The notes beneath the pieces were generated by a model. That model saw only the letters and a program-made list of their open reading frames with translations. It was not told the origin of the DNA and ran no database searches. Positions 17,883 through 26,770 of a stretch of DNA of 59,384 nt are shown here, in pieces; position 1 is the first letter of the stretch; each line of letters opens with the position of its first letter. Made by a program: the position numbers and the translations under genes. Source of the stretch: Candidatus Limnocylindria bacterium (GTDB lineage Bacteria; Chloroflexota; Limnocylindria; QHBO01). Location of the stretch: positions 1 through 59,384 of the forward strand of contig JBHENJ010000044.1 of assembly GCA_046262115.1 (NCBI GenBank), written 5' to 3'.

Positions 17883-19150
17883 GCCGCGAGCAACCGCTCG
17901 AAGCGCGATCCGCCGCGGAAGGGCCCGAGTAGCGCGAGCCGAGCTCGCGACGGGACGAGGTAGGCGCGCGCGACGCGGAGCACGTCGTCGGCGGTCACGC
18001 CACGGAAGCCCTCGATCACCTCGTCCACGGTGAGCACGCGTGGGTACAGCTGCTCTGCATGGCCGAGCCAGCTAGCAACAGCGCCGGTGTCCTCCATGCG
18101 GAGCTCGAGGCGTCCGATGGTATAGGCGCGCGCCTTCTCGAGCTCCGGCTCGGGGACCGGTTGCTGCACCAGGCGCTCGAGCTCGTCGATGATCGCGCGG
18201 ATCACCTCCTCCGCCCTCGGCGGATCGAATCCCGCGTAGACGCCGAACGTGCCCGCGTCCGACAGCATCGACGAGAAGGTCGACACCTCGTAGACGAGCG
18301 ACCGTCGCTCCCGAAGCTCGACGAAGAGGCGCGAGCTCATCCCGTCGCCGAGCACGGCGGACGCGAGCTCGAGCGCCCATCGGTCGGGGTGCGTGCGCGG
18401 GATGCCGCGCATGCCGAGGCACAGGTTTCCCTGCCCGAGCTCGCGAAACGAGACGCGCACACGAGCGGCGGTGTCGTCCGGCGGCGGCCGCATCACTGAG
18501 AGGGACCGCGGCGCGGGCTCGCGGTCGTCGGTCCACCACGCCTCGCCCGCCTCGACCAGAGCGGCGTGGTCCACAGCGCCTGCGGCCGCAAGGACGACGT
18601 GCTCCGGCCGGTACCAGCGAGACCAGTGCTCGCGGAGCGTCCGGAGCGCGATGCGTCTGACCGACGTCGGGCTCCCGGCGATCTCACGTCCCAGCGGGTG
18701 GCGTCCGAACAGCAGCGCGTCGAAGAGGCTGAAGATCCGGTCGCTCGGCGAGTCCTCGTACATGCGGATCTCGTCGACGATGACCGGGCGCTCACCGGCG
18801 ACATCCTCGGCTCGGAGCAGCGGGCGGAACGCCATCTCGCCAAGGACCTCGAGCGCGGTCGCGGCGTGGTCGCGCGGAACCTTGGCCGTGAGCACGGTGA
18901 GCTCTCGATCGGTCGACGCGTTCACCACGCCGCCGACGGCCTCGATCGCCTGCGAGATCTCGCCGGGCCCCGGGTACTTGCGCGTGCCCTTGAAGACGAG
19001 GTGCTCGATGAGGTGGCTGACCCCCGCGTCAGCGTCGTCCTCGTGCCGCGACCCAACGCCGACCACGAGCATGGCCGCGACCGATCGGGCGCGATCCACC
19101 TCCTGGGAGAGCACCCGCAATCCGCTTCGCGTGACGCTCCTCTGGTACAG
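17879..19150 (-). CDS. M16 (pitrilysin-family) zinc peptidase; start uncertain (TTG 19120, CTG 19150 or ATA 19207)
   Basis: VGSR.E, HLIEH..FKGT (HxxEH), NA.T, E...YED.P and GMSSRLF.E.RE motifs. Confidence 0.92.
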   Translation of the reverse strand: MYQRSVTRSGLRVLSQEVDRARSVAAMLVVGVGSRHEDDADAGVSHLIEHLVFKGTRKYPGPGEISQAIEAVGGVVNASTDRELTVLTAKVPRDHAATALEVLGEMAFRPLLRAEDVAGERPVIVDEIRMYEDSPSDRIFSLFDALLFGRHPLGREIAGSPTSVRRIALRTLREHWSRWYRPEHVVLAAAGAVDHAALVEAGEAWWTDDREPAPRSLSVMRPPPDDTAARVRVSFRELGQGNLCLGMRGIPRTHPDRWALELASAVLGDGMSSRLFVELRERRSLVYEVSTFSSMLSDAGTFGVYAGFDPPRAEEVIRAIIDELERLVQQPVPEPELEKARAYTIGRLELRMEDTGAVASWLGHAEQLYPRVLTVDEVIEGFRGVTADDVLRVARAYLVPSRARLALLGPFRGGSRFERLLAA

Positions 19151-19203
19151 ATCGCGATCGTCCGCCGCGGCGAGAACCTCGCGCGCCGGGCGGGCGGCCG
19201 CCC

Positions 19204-19644
19204 CTATGGCTCCTCCTCCTCGTCGGGGAGTGCCATGAGCTCCATCTGGACGAAGCCTGAATCCGAGGCCCGGCGATCGGCCGGTGCCGTCCCGTCGAGC
19301 TGCCCGTCAAGCTGCGGTGCGCTCGTGGCGTATTCGATCACGACGCGCTCGGTCCCGAGGACAAGCGTGTACGTCAGCAACTGGTCGTGCTTGGTGTCGA
19401 ACTCGAGGTAGTCGAACGAGTCGAGATTCAGGCAGATGGCGAGCGGCGTGAAGTAGGAGGCGACGTCGGGGCGGTCGACGACCAGCCGCTCGACCCATCC
19501 GGCGCCTGACGTGAGTACCTGCAAGCCGCGGTAATAGGTGTACGAAACGGTCTGCTTGAGGAGCGGCCGCAGGATGCTGTAGATGTCCGACTTGCTGCTG
19601 ACGATGCCGCTGTTGATGAACAGTTTTGCGCGCGGCTCGGACAC
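19204..19644 (-). CDS. Hypothetical protein, 146 aa
   Basis: Coding-like codon usage. TAGACT 6 nt upstream of GTG. First gene of the peptidase-TPR-ndk run. Confidence 0.75.
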   Translation of the reverse strand: MSEPRAKLFINSGIVSSKSDIYSILRPLLKQTVSYTYYRGLQVLTSGAGWVERLVVDRPDVASYFTPLAICLNLDSFDYLEFDTKHDQLLTYTLVLGTERVVIEYATSAPQLDGQLDGTAPADRRASDSGFVQMELMALPDEEEEP

Positions 19645-19711
19645 CCGGCGAGTCTAGCATCGGGCCGCGGCGGTGGGTCCCGCGCCGGGACCGCGCTGTA
19701 CGATACCGAGC

Positions 19712-20527
19712 GTGATCGTGCTCGCGGTGGACATCGGGAACACCAACGTCAAGCTCGGGCTCTTCGACGCCGATCGGCTCCTCAAGTCGTGGCGCGTCGA
19801 GACACGTGCGCAGCAGACCGACGACGACGTCGCGGTGCTCGTGTCGAACCTGCTTGCGCTCGACGGTCGAGACCCCGCCGACATCGGCGCAGCGGCGATC
19901 GTGTCGGTCGTGCCGCCGCTGACAGGGAGCTTCGAGGCCTTCGCCCGGCGACGCCTCGGCGTCATGCCACTGATGGCCGATGCGACCACGCTCGCGCCCC
20001 TCATGCAGATGGCACTCGATCGTCCGGGCGACGTCGGCCCGGACCGGCTAGTCAACGCGTTCGCGGCGCACGCCATCCACGGCGGGCCGGCGATCGTGCT
20101 CGACGCGGGGACCGCGACCACCTTCGACGCCCTCGCCGCCGACGGGACCTTCCTCGGCGGCGCGATCGCACCGGGTCCTCGCGCCGCACTCGACGCGCTC
20201 GCCGCGTCGACCGCGCGCCTCCCGCGCGTCGAGCTGCGGCGGCCACCGCACGCGATCGGCCGGAGCACCGCCGCCGCCATGCAGAGCGGCGCGGTCAACG
20301 GCTACATCGGTCTCGTGAGCGGCCTCCTGACGGCGATCCGCGCCGAGCTGCTCGAGCAGTCGCCTGCGAGCTCGCGCGTGACCGTCGTGGCCACCGGGGG
20401 GCACGCCCGCGACACTTGGCTCGCCGACATCCCGGGTATCGACACCGTCGAGCCGGACCTGACGCTCATCGGCCTGAACATGGCGTTTGCAACGCTCGGG
20501 CGACGGACCGCAGAGCCGGCGCGATGA
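19712..20527 (+). CDS. coaX: Type III pantothenate kinase
   Basis: VDIGNTN, SVVP, G.DR..N, D.GTATTFD and GGAI.PG motifs. Confidence 0.95.
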   Translation: MIVLAVDIGNTNVKLGLFDADRLLKSWRVETRAQQTDDDVAVLVSNLLALDGRDPADIGAAAIVSVVPPLTGSFEAFARRRLGVMPLMADATTLAPLMQMALDRPGDVGPDRLVNAFAAHAIHGGPAIVLDAGTATTFDALAADGTFLGGAIAPGPRAALDALAASTARLPRVELRRPPHAIGRSTAAAMQSGAVNGYIGLVSGLLTAIRAELLEQSPASSRVTVVATGGHARDTWLADIPGIDTVEPDLTLIGLNMAFATLGRRTAEPAR

Positions 20528-21798
20528 CCGAGTCCTCGCCCGGGACGCTGGCCGGCCGGCGCATCGTCGTCGGCGTCTCCGGGAGCATCGCGGCCTACAA
20601 GGCGGTCGTCCTCGTCCGGCGCCTGACCGACGCGGGAGCCGCCGTCGACGTTGCGATGACCCACTCCGCCACCGCGTTCGTCGGCCCGCTGACCTTCGAG
20701 TCGCTGACCCGTCGCCGCGTCGCGACCGACGCGCTCGAGCTCGACGGATCCAGCCGGATCTCGCACGTCGAGCTCGCGGAGGCGGCCGATGCGGTCGTCC
20801 TCGCGCCGGCGACCGCCCACCTCATCGCGCAGCTCGCCGCGGGGCTCGTGCCGGACGCCGTGACGGCGATCGTCGCCGCAAGCCGAGCGCCGGTGCTCGT
20901 CGCTCCCGCCATGGACGCGGGCATGTGGAGCCATCCAGCCAACCAGCGCAACGTCGAGGCCCTGCGCTCGTACGGATATCGCATCGTCGAGCCGGGCACG
21001 GGTCCGCTCGCTAGCGGGCTCCATGGCGAGGGTCGCCTGGCGGAGCCGGAGGAGATCGTCCGCGCCGTCGAGCTGCTCCTCGCGCGCCGCGGCGACCTGG
21101 ACGGCCTGCGCGTCCTCGTCAGCGCCGGCGGGACGCAGGAGCCGATCGATCCGGTCCGCTACGTCGGAAACCGGAGCAGCGGCAAGATGGGCATCGCCAT
21201 GGCGGAAGCGGCGCGCGACCGCGGGGCGACGGTCACGCTCGTGTGCGGCGCCATCACGGTCGATCCACCCAGCGACGTCGCCCTGCGCGTGACGCCCACC
21301 GCGGGCGCGATGCGCGAGGCCATCCTGTCGCTCGCTCCACGGCACGACGTCGTCGTCATGGCCGCCGCTGTCGCGGATTATGCCCCGGCCGAGCAGCGGA
21401 CGGACAAGATCAAGCGCGACGGCGCGAGCCTGCGGCTCGACCTCGCTCCGAACCCCGACATCGTCGCGGACGTCGGCCATATGCCGGCGGGCGAACGGCC
21501 GTTCGTCGTCGGGTTCGCGGCGGAGACCGGCGACCTCGCCGCGAACGCACGCGCGAAGCTGCATGCGAAGCGTCTCGACCTCATTGTCGCGAACCGGGTC
21601 GACGGACGAGAGGGCGCGATCGGCGCCGACGCGGCTCGAGTCACGGTCTTCGACTCCGACGGGGAGATCGCCGCGTGGCCGTTCCTCCGGAAGCGCCAGG
21701 TCGCCGAGCGCCTCTGGGATTTCATCACCGAGCGATATCGGTCCAGGCAAGGCACGCCCGTCGCCGATGGAGCCCGGGTCAGCCAGAGGGGAGCGTGA
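20524..21798 (+). CDS. coaBC: Phosphopantothenoylcysteine decarboxylase/ligase
   Basis: GSIAAYK, APATA, PAM, T.E.IDPVR...N.SSGKMG, AAAV.DY and GFAAET motifs. Confidence 0.95.
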   Translation: MTESSPGTLAGRRIVVGVSGSIAAYKAVVLVRRLTDAGAAVDVAMTHSATAFVGPLTFESLTRRRVATDALELDGSSRISHVELAEAADAVVLAPATAHLIAQLAAGLVPDAVTAIVAASRAPVLVAPAMDAGMWSHPANQRNVEALRSYGYRIVEPGTGPLASGLHGEGRLAEPEEIVRAVELLLARRGDLDGLRVLVSAGGTQEPIDPVRYVGNRSSGKMGIAMAEAARDRGATVTLVCGAITVDPPSDVALRVTPTAGAMREAILSLAPRHDVVVMAAAVADYAPAEQRTDKIKRDGASLRLDLAPNPDIVADVGHMPAGERPFVVGFAAETGDLAANARAKLHAKRLDLIVANRVDGREGAIGADAARVTVFDSDGEIAAWPFLRKRQVAERLWDFITERYRSRQGTPVADGARVSQRGA

Positions 21799-22670
21799 GC
21801 GTGCAACGCGTGACCGTCAACGACGTCCAGCGCATGGCCGACCGCGGCGAGCCGATCCCTGTCCTGACGGCCTACGACGCACCGACGGCCCGCGCGCTGG
21901 ACGACGCCGGCATCCCGATGATCCTCGTCGGCGACTCGCTCGGCAATACCGTGCTCGGCTTCGAGTCGACCATACCGGTGACGCTCGAGATGATGATCCA
22001 CCACACGGCGGCGGTCGTCCGCGGGACGCAGCGCGCGCTCGTCATCGGCGACCTCCCGTTCCTGAGCTATCAGGTGTCGCCGGAGCAGGCGCTCGAGAGC
22101 GCCGGACGTCTGATGCAGGAGGCGGGTTGCCAAGCCGTCAAGCTTGAGGGGGGTCGGCGCAGCCGCGAGGCGATCGAGAAGATCGTCGAGGCCGGCATCC
22201 CCGTGGCGGGCCACATCGGCATGACGCCCCAGTCGGTCAACGCCATCGGCGGCCACCGGGTCCAGGGCAAGAGCGTGGAATCGGCGATCGGCGTGACGCG
22301 CGACGCGCTCGCGGTCCAGAACGCGGGAGCGTTCTGCGTCTTCCTCGAGCTCGTCGCGATCGAGCTGTCGCAGACGATCACCGAGCGGCTGCGCATCCCG
22401 ACCATCGGCATCGGCGCCGGACCCGCGACCGACGGACAGGTGCTCGTGCTGGCGGACCTGCTCGGCTGGAACCCGGACTTTCAGCCTCGCCACAGCACGC
22501 GCTACGCGGACCTTCACGCGACGGCCCTCGACGCCGCGCGGCGGTTCGCCGAGGACGTCCGCAGCAGGAGCTTCCCGACCGATGACAACGGGACGCATCT
22601 GCGCCCGGAGACGATCGACGAGCTCCACGCCCGAGAGCAGCTGATCCGGCGGATCGAGGTCGACGTCTAG
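21795..22670 (+). CDS. panB: 3-methyl-2-oxobutanoate hydroxymethyltransferase
   Basis: LTAYD, LVGDS, D.PF.SY, VKLEGG, HIG.TPQ and IGIGAG...DGQVLV motifs. Confidence 0.96.
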   Translation: MSVQRVTVNDVQRMADRGEPIPVLTAYDAPTARALDDAGIPMILVGDSLGNTVLGFESTIPVTLEMMIHHTAAVVRGTQRALVIGDLPFLSYQVSPEQALESAGRLMQEAGCQAVKLEGGRRSREAIEKIVEAGIPVAGHIGMTPQSVNAIGGHRVQGKSVESAIGVTRDALAVQNAGAFCVFLELVAIELSQTITERLRIPTIGIGAGPATDGQVLVLADLLGWNPDFQPRHSTRYADLHATALDAARRFAEDVRSRSFPTDDNGTHLRPETIDELHAREQLIRRIEVDV

Positions 22671-23524
22671 TGCGGGTCGTCCGCGCCGTGGAGGAACTGC
22701 GCGGAGCCATCCTGGACCGAAGACTGGCGGGCGACTCGGTCGGGCTCGTCCCGACGATGGGATCCCTCCACGACGGCCATCTCTCACTGGTCCGGCGCGC
22801 GCGCGCGGAGAACGGGTCCGTTGTCGCGAGCGTCTTCGTCAACCCGACCCAGTTCGCCCCGGGTGAGGACTACGAGCGCTATCCGCGGGACGAGAAGCGG
22901 GACCTCGCGCTGCTCGAGCGCGAGGACGTGGACATCGCGTTCTGTCCACCGGTCACGGAGATGTACGTCGCCGGAGACGCGACGCGGGTCTCCGTCTCCG
23001 GGCTCACGGACCGGCTCGAGGGCGCGAGCCGGCCAGGCCACTTCGACGGCGTGACGACCGTCGTCGCCAAGCTGCTCCTGGTGGTCGGCCCCGCGCGCGC
23101 GTACTTCGGGCAGAAGGACGCGCAGCAGGTGATCGTGATCCGCCGCATGGTGCGCGACCTGTTCATCCACGTCGACCTCGTCGGCTGCCCGACCGTCCGG
23201 CACGACGACGGCCTCGCCCTCAGCTCGCGGAACGCGTACCTCTCGATCGAGGAGCGTCACGCCGCCGCGTGCCTCTTCCAGGCGCTGTCGGCGGCCCGCG
23301 CGTCATACGACCGCGGCGAGCGCTCCGCCGAGGCCCTCCGCGCGCGGATGAGCGACGTCATCGAGGGCGAGCGCCTCGCGAGGATCGACTACGTCAGCGT
23401 GGCCGATGCGGAGACGCTGACCGAGCTTCAGCGCGTCAACCGGGCCGCGATCGCGCTCGTCGCGGCCCGCATCGGGCGAACGCGCCTGATCGACAACCAG
23501 CCGCTCGGCTGGGACGTCAGCTGA
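22670..23524 (+). CDS. panC: Pantoate--beta-alanine ligase
   Basis: VPTMG.LH.GH, FVNP.QF, RPGHF.GV, FGQKD.QQ, GLALSSRN and RLIDN motifs. Confidence 0.96.
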   Translation: MRVVRAVEELRGAILDRRLAGDSVGLVPTMGSLHDGHLSLVRRARAENGSVVASVFVNPTQFAPGEDYERYPRDEKRDLALLEREDVDIAFCPPVTEMYVAGDATRVSVSGLTDRLEGASRPGHFDGVTTVVAKLLLVVGPARAYFGQKDAQQVIVIRRMVRDLFIHVDLVGCPTVRHDDGLALSSRNAYLSIEERHAAACLFQALSAARASYDRGERSAEALRARMSDVIEGERLARIDYVSVADAETLTELQRVNRAAIALVAARIGRTRLIDNQPLGWDVS

Positions 23525-23588
23525 GGACCCGAAGCACCTCGGAAAGTACTACTGACCCGGGTCGCCCGCTGGGTATGATGCGCGCTCG

Positions 23589-23626
23589 GCGGGAGGTCGG
23601 CGAGTGCCCACGCTCGGCCTCCCGCT
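23589..23626 (+). terminator. Long GC-rich hairpin between convergent genes
   Basis: GCGGGAGGTCG...CGGCCTCCCGC stem with one G-U pair on the + strand. Confidence 0.5.
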
Positions 23627-23634
23627 GAACCGCA

Positions 23635-24240
23635 TCAGGGCCGCGCGCTCGTCCTTCGCTCGATCAGCTCGACGGCCTCGCGCAGCCTCCCCACCAGCTC
23701 TGCGTCGAGCATCTCGGGCTCGAGATGCGCGCCGAGGCGCTCCATGAGGTCGGCCGCGACGTTGAGCAGCACGTCGGCATCGGCGATGAAGAACTGTGGC
23801 TCGTTGTTGTACCGCACGAGCGTCAGGCGACCCTGGAGCGTCAGCCCGCCGTCGGCATGCGAGACCTGCGTCCCGAAGTTGTGGCCCTGGATGCCATCAG
23901 GGTTGTTCAGGAAGTTCAGCGCGTTGTCGATGGCCAGCCCGAAGCGCGCTCGCCAGCTGACCAGGCGCTCATAGATCTCCGGCGGGACGCGGAGGTCGCC
24001 GATCTCCTCGAAGACCGGCCGCCCCACCGTGAGGAGCCCGACCAGCGACGCGCCGGCGCGGCTGCCGAGCATCACCTGCAGCGAGCGCTCGAGCGTGAAG
24101 ACGTCCGAGTCGAAGCGCGGGCTGGTGGTGACCTCGGCGAGCAGGTCCTCGACGTTGTCGAGCACGCCCGGCTCGGAGAGGCTGGTTGCGAGGTGGAGGA
24201 TCTCCTCCCGAAAGAGGAACTTCTCCTCGTGGTCGAGCAT
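23635..24240 (-). CDS. Hypothetical protein, 201 aa
   Basis: Coding-like codon usage, 11 nt downstream of gdh. No family recognised. Confidence 0.75.
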   Translation of the reverse strand: MLDHEEKFLFREEILHLATSLSEPGVLDNVEDLLAEVTTSPRFDSDVFTLERSLQVMLGSRAGASLVGLLTVGRPVFEEIGDLRVPPEIYERLVSWRARFGLAIDNALNFLNNPDGIQGHNFGTQVSHADGGLTLQGRLTLVRYNNEPQFFIADADVLLNVAADLMERLGAHLEPEMLDAELVGRLREAVELIERRTSARP

Positions 24241-24251
24241 GTCGCGTTCGA

Positions 24252-25520
24252 CTACGGGTAGAGGCCGCGCAGCCGGGTCGCTTCGGCCACCCGGTCGACG
24301 GCGAGCATGTACGCCGCCATCCGCATGTCGACGGCCTCGCGACGGCTCATCGCCAGGACCGCCGCGAAGGCTCGGTCCATGATCTCCTTCAGGCTCTCAT
24401 TGATGCGGTCCTCGCTCCAGAAGAAGGACTGCATGTCCTGCACCCACTCGAAGTAGCTCACCGTCACCCCGCCGGCGTTGCAGAGGATGTCGGGGATCAG
24501 GAACACGCCACGGTCGTGGAGGATAGCGTCGGCCTCGGGGGTCGTCGGGCCGTTCGCCGCCTCGGCCACGACGCGCGCCCGAATGCGATCGGCGTTGGCC
24601 TTGGTGATCTGGTTCTCGAGGGCTGCCGGGATGAGGATCTCGCACTCGAGCTCGAGCAGATCGCGGTTCGAGACGGAGTCGGCATTGGGGATCCCCTGCA
24701 CGGTGCCATGCTCCGTCTTCCAGGCGTTGACGCGATCGGGGTCGATCCCCGCCTCGGCGTAGATCCCTCCGGTCGAGTCGCTCACGGCCACGATCCGCGC
24801 GCCGGCCCGCTTGAGCAGTTGCGCGGCGATCGAGCCGGCGTTGCCGAACCCCTGGATCACGACGCGCGCGCCCTCGATCGGAAGCCGCAGCGCGGTGGAC
24901 GCCCCGAGCAGCGTGAAGAACACACCGCGCGCGGTCGCCTCGTTGCGACCGTGCGAGCCGCCGACGGCGATCGGCTTTCCGGTCACCACGCCGCTGATGG
25001 TGTGGCCGTGGTGCATCGAGTAGGTGTCCATGATCCATGCCATGGTCTGTGCGTTGGTGTTCACGTCGGGTGCGGGGATGTCGCGGTCGGGACCGATAAG
25101 TGGGCTGATCTCGGTGGTGAATCGGCGCGTCAGCCCTTCGACCTCGCGGAGGGAGAGCCGCTTCGGGTCGACCACGACGCCGCCCTTCCCGCCACCGAAC
25201 GGGATGTTGACCACGGCACACTTCCACGTCATCCACATCGCGAGCGCACGGACCTCGTCGAGCGTGACGTCCTGGTGGTAACGGATCCCGCCCTTCGCCG
25301 GGCCGCGCGCGAGGTTGTGGTGGACCCGATAGCCGGTGAACACCTCGACCGTGGCGTCGTCCAGCGTCACGGGGAAGTTCACGGTGAGTTCCCGCTTCGG
25401 GACGCGCAGCACACGCCGCATCGCGTCGGGCAGCGCGAGGCGCTCGGCGGCGTCGTCAAACTGCTCCTGCGCGACCGCCCAGATGTTGGGCGCTTCGAGG
25501 ACCGGGTTCTCCCTCACCAT
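24252..25520 (-). CDS. gdh: Glu/Leu/Phe/Val dehydrogenase, glutamate dehydrogenase type, intact active site
   Basis: GPAKGGIRY, MTWKCA, GGGKGG, PAPDV, GFGNAG, EAANGP and NAGGV.VSYFEW motifs. Confidence 0.93.
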   Translation of the reverse strand: MVRENPVLEAPNIWAVAQEQFDDAAERLALPDAMRRVLRVPKRELTVNFPVTLDDATVEVFTGYRVHHNLARGPAKGGIRYHQDVTLDEVRALAMWMTWKCAVVNIPFGGGKGGVVVDPKRLSLREVEGLTRRFTTEISPLIGPDRDIPAPDVNTNAQTMAWIMDTYSMHHGHTISGVVTGKPIAVGGSHGRNEATARGVFFTLLGASTALRLPIEGARVVIQGFGNAGSIAAQLLKRAGARIVAVSDSTGGIYAEAGIDPDRVNAWKTEHGTVQGIPNADSVSNRDLLELECEILIPAALENQITKANADRIRARVVAEAANGPTTPEADAILHDRGVFLIPDILCNAGGVTVSYFEWVQDMQSFFWSEDRINESLKEIMDRAFAAVLAMSRREAVDMRMAAYMLAVDRVAEATRLRGLYP

Positions 25521-25536
25521 CGATTGCTCTCCCTGA

Positions 25537-26721
25537 TCAGCACATCTCGAGGGAGAGCGCGACCGCTCCCCCGCCGCCCAGGCACAGCGTCGCAAGGCCA
25601 CGTCGCCCTCCACGCTGTCGGAGCGCGTACAACAGCGTCGCGAGCACGCGGGCACCGGACGCGCCGATTGGATGACCCAGCGCGATCGCGCCTCCGTTGA
25701 CGTTGACGCGATCCCAGTCGAATCCGAGCTCGTTGCCGTCGGCGAGCACCTGCGAGGCGAACGCCTCGTTGATCTCGATCAGGTCGTAGTCGTCGATCGT
25801 CGTCCCGGTGCGCGCCAGGAGGCGTCGCACGCCGTCGATCGGCGCCTCGAACAGCGCCTCCGGCGCAAGGTCCGCCTGCGCGTACCCGGTGATGCGCGCC
25901 ATAGGCCGCAGCGCCTGCCGTGCCACCTCGGCCTCGCTCGCGAGCACGACGGCGGCTGCGCCGTCGGTGATCCCGGGCGAGTTCCCGGCAGTGACCGTCC
26001 CTTCGTCGGGCTTGAACGCGGGATTGAGCCTCGCGAGTGCGTCGAGGGTCGTGTCCGAGCGCGGCGCCTCGTCGGCGTCGACGACCGTCACGCCCTTCTT
26101 CGACGGGACCTCGACCGGGACGATCTCGTCGCGGAAGCGGCCCTCCTCTTGCGCTGCGATGGCGCGCTGGTGGCTGCGTAGCGCGAACTCGTCCTGGGCC
26201 CGGCGCGTGACGCCGTGCTTCGCGGCGATGTACTCCGCGTGCATGCCCATGTGGACGTTCACGGTGGAGCACCACAGGCCATCGTGGATGGTGCTGTCGA
26301 CCACCTTCTGGTCGCCGAGACGGTAGCCGCTCCGCGCGCCGGGCAGCAGGAACGGCCCGAGGTTCATGTTCTCCATCCCGCCGGCGACGATCACATCGGC
26401 GTCACCGGCGCGGATGGCGGTCGCGCCGAGCATGATCGACTTGAGCGCGGAGCCGCAGACCTTGTTGATCGTCGTGGCCGACACGCCGTCCGGCAGCCCC
26501 GCCTTGAGCGCCGCCTGGCGCGCCGGCGCCTGACCGGCTCCGGCCTGGATGACGTGCCCCATCAGGACCTCGTCAACGGTGTCGGGCCGGACGCCGGAGC
26601 GCTCCACGGCCGCCCTGATGGCGACCGCGCCGAGGTCCGTGGCCGGTACGGTGGAGAGCCCGCCGCCGAACTTCCCGATCGGCGTGCGGGCCGCCGAGAT
26701 GATGTAGGCGCTGTCGGTCAC
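25537..26721 (-). CDS. Acetyl-CoA C-acetyltransferase (thiolase)
   Basis: NKVCGS, NEAF, GHPIGASG and CLGGG motifs. Confidence 0.95.
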   Translation of the reverse strand: MTDSAYIISAARTPIGKFGGGLSTVPATDLGAVAIRAAVERSGVRPDTVDEVLMGHVIQAGAGQAPARQAALKAGLPDGVSATTINKVCGSALKSIMLGATAIRAGDADVIVAGGMENMNLGPFLLPGARSGYRLGDQKVVDSTIHDGLWCSTVNVHMGMHAEYIAAKHGVTRRAQDEFALRSHQRAIAAQEEGRFRDEIVPVEVPSKKGVTVVDADEAPRSDTTLDALARLNPAFKPDEGTVTAGNSPGITDGAAAVVLASEAEVARQALRPMARITGYAQADLAPEALFEAPIDGVRRLLARTGTTIDDYDLIEINEAFASQVLADGNELGFDWDRVNVNGGAIALGHPIGASGARVLATLLYALRQRGGRRGLATLCLGGGGAVALSLEMC

Positions 26722-26770
26722 GTTCCTAATCCTAGCCCCAGGCCGACGGATCGACGCTTCACCCGGTCGG

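Noticed and set aside
24186-25700. Antisense ORFs opposite both GDH genes (also 47157-48350) that resemble each other
   Set aside because: The similarity follows from the sense-strand paralogy. There is no independent evidence that they are coding.
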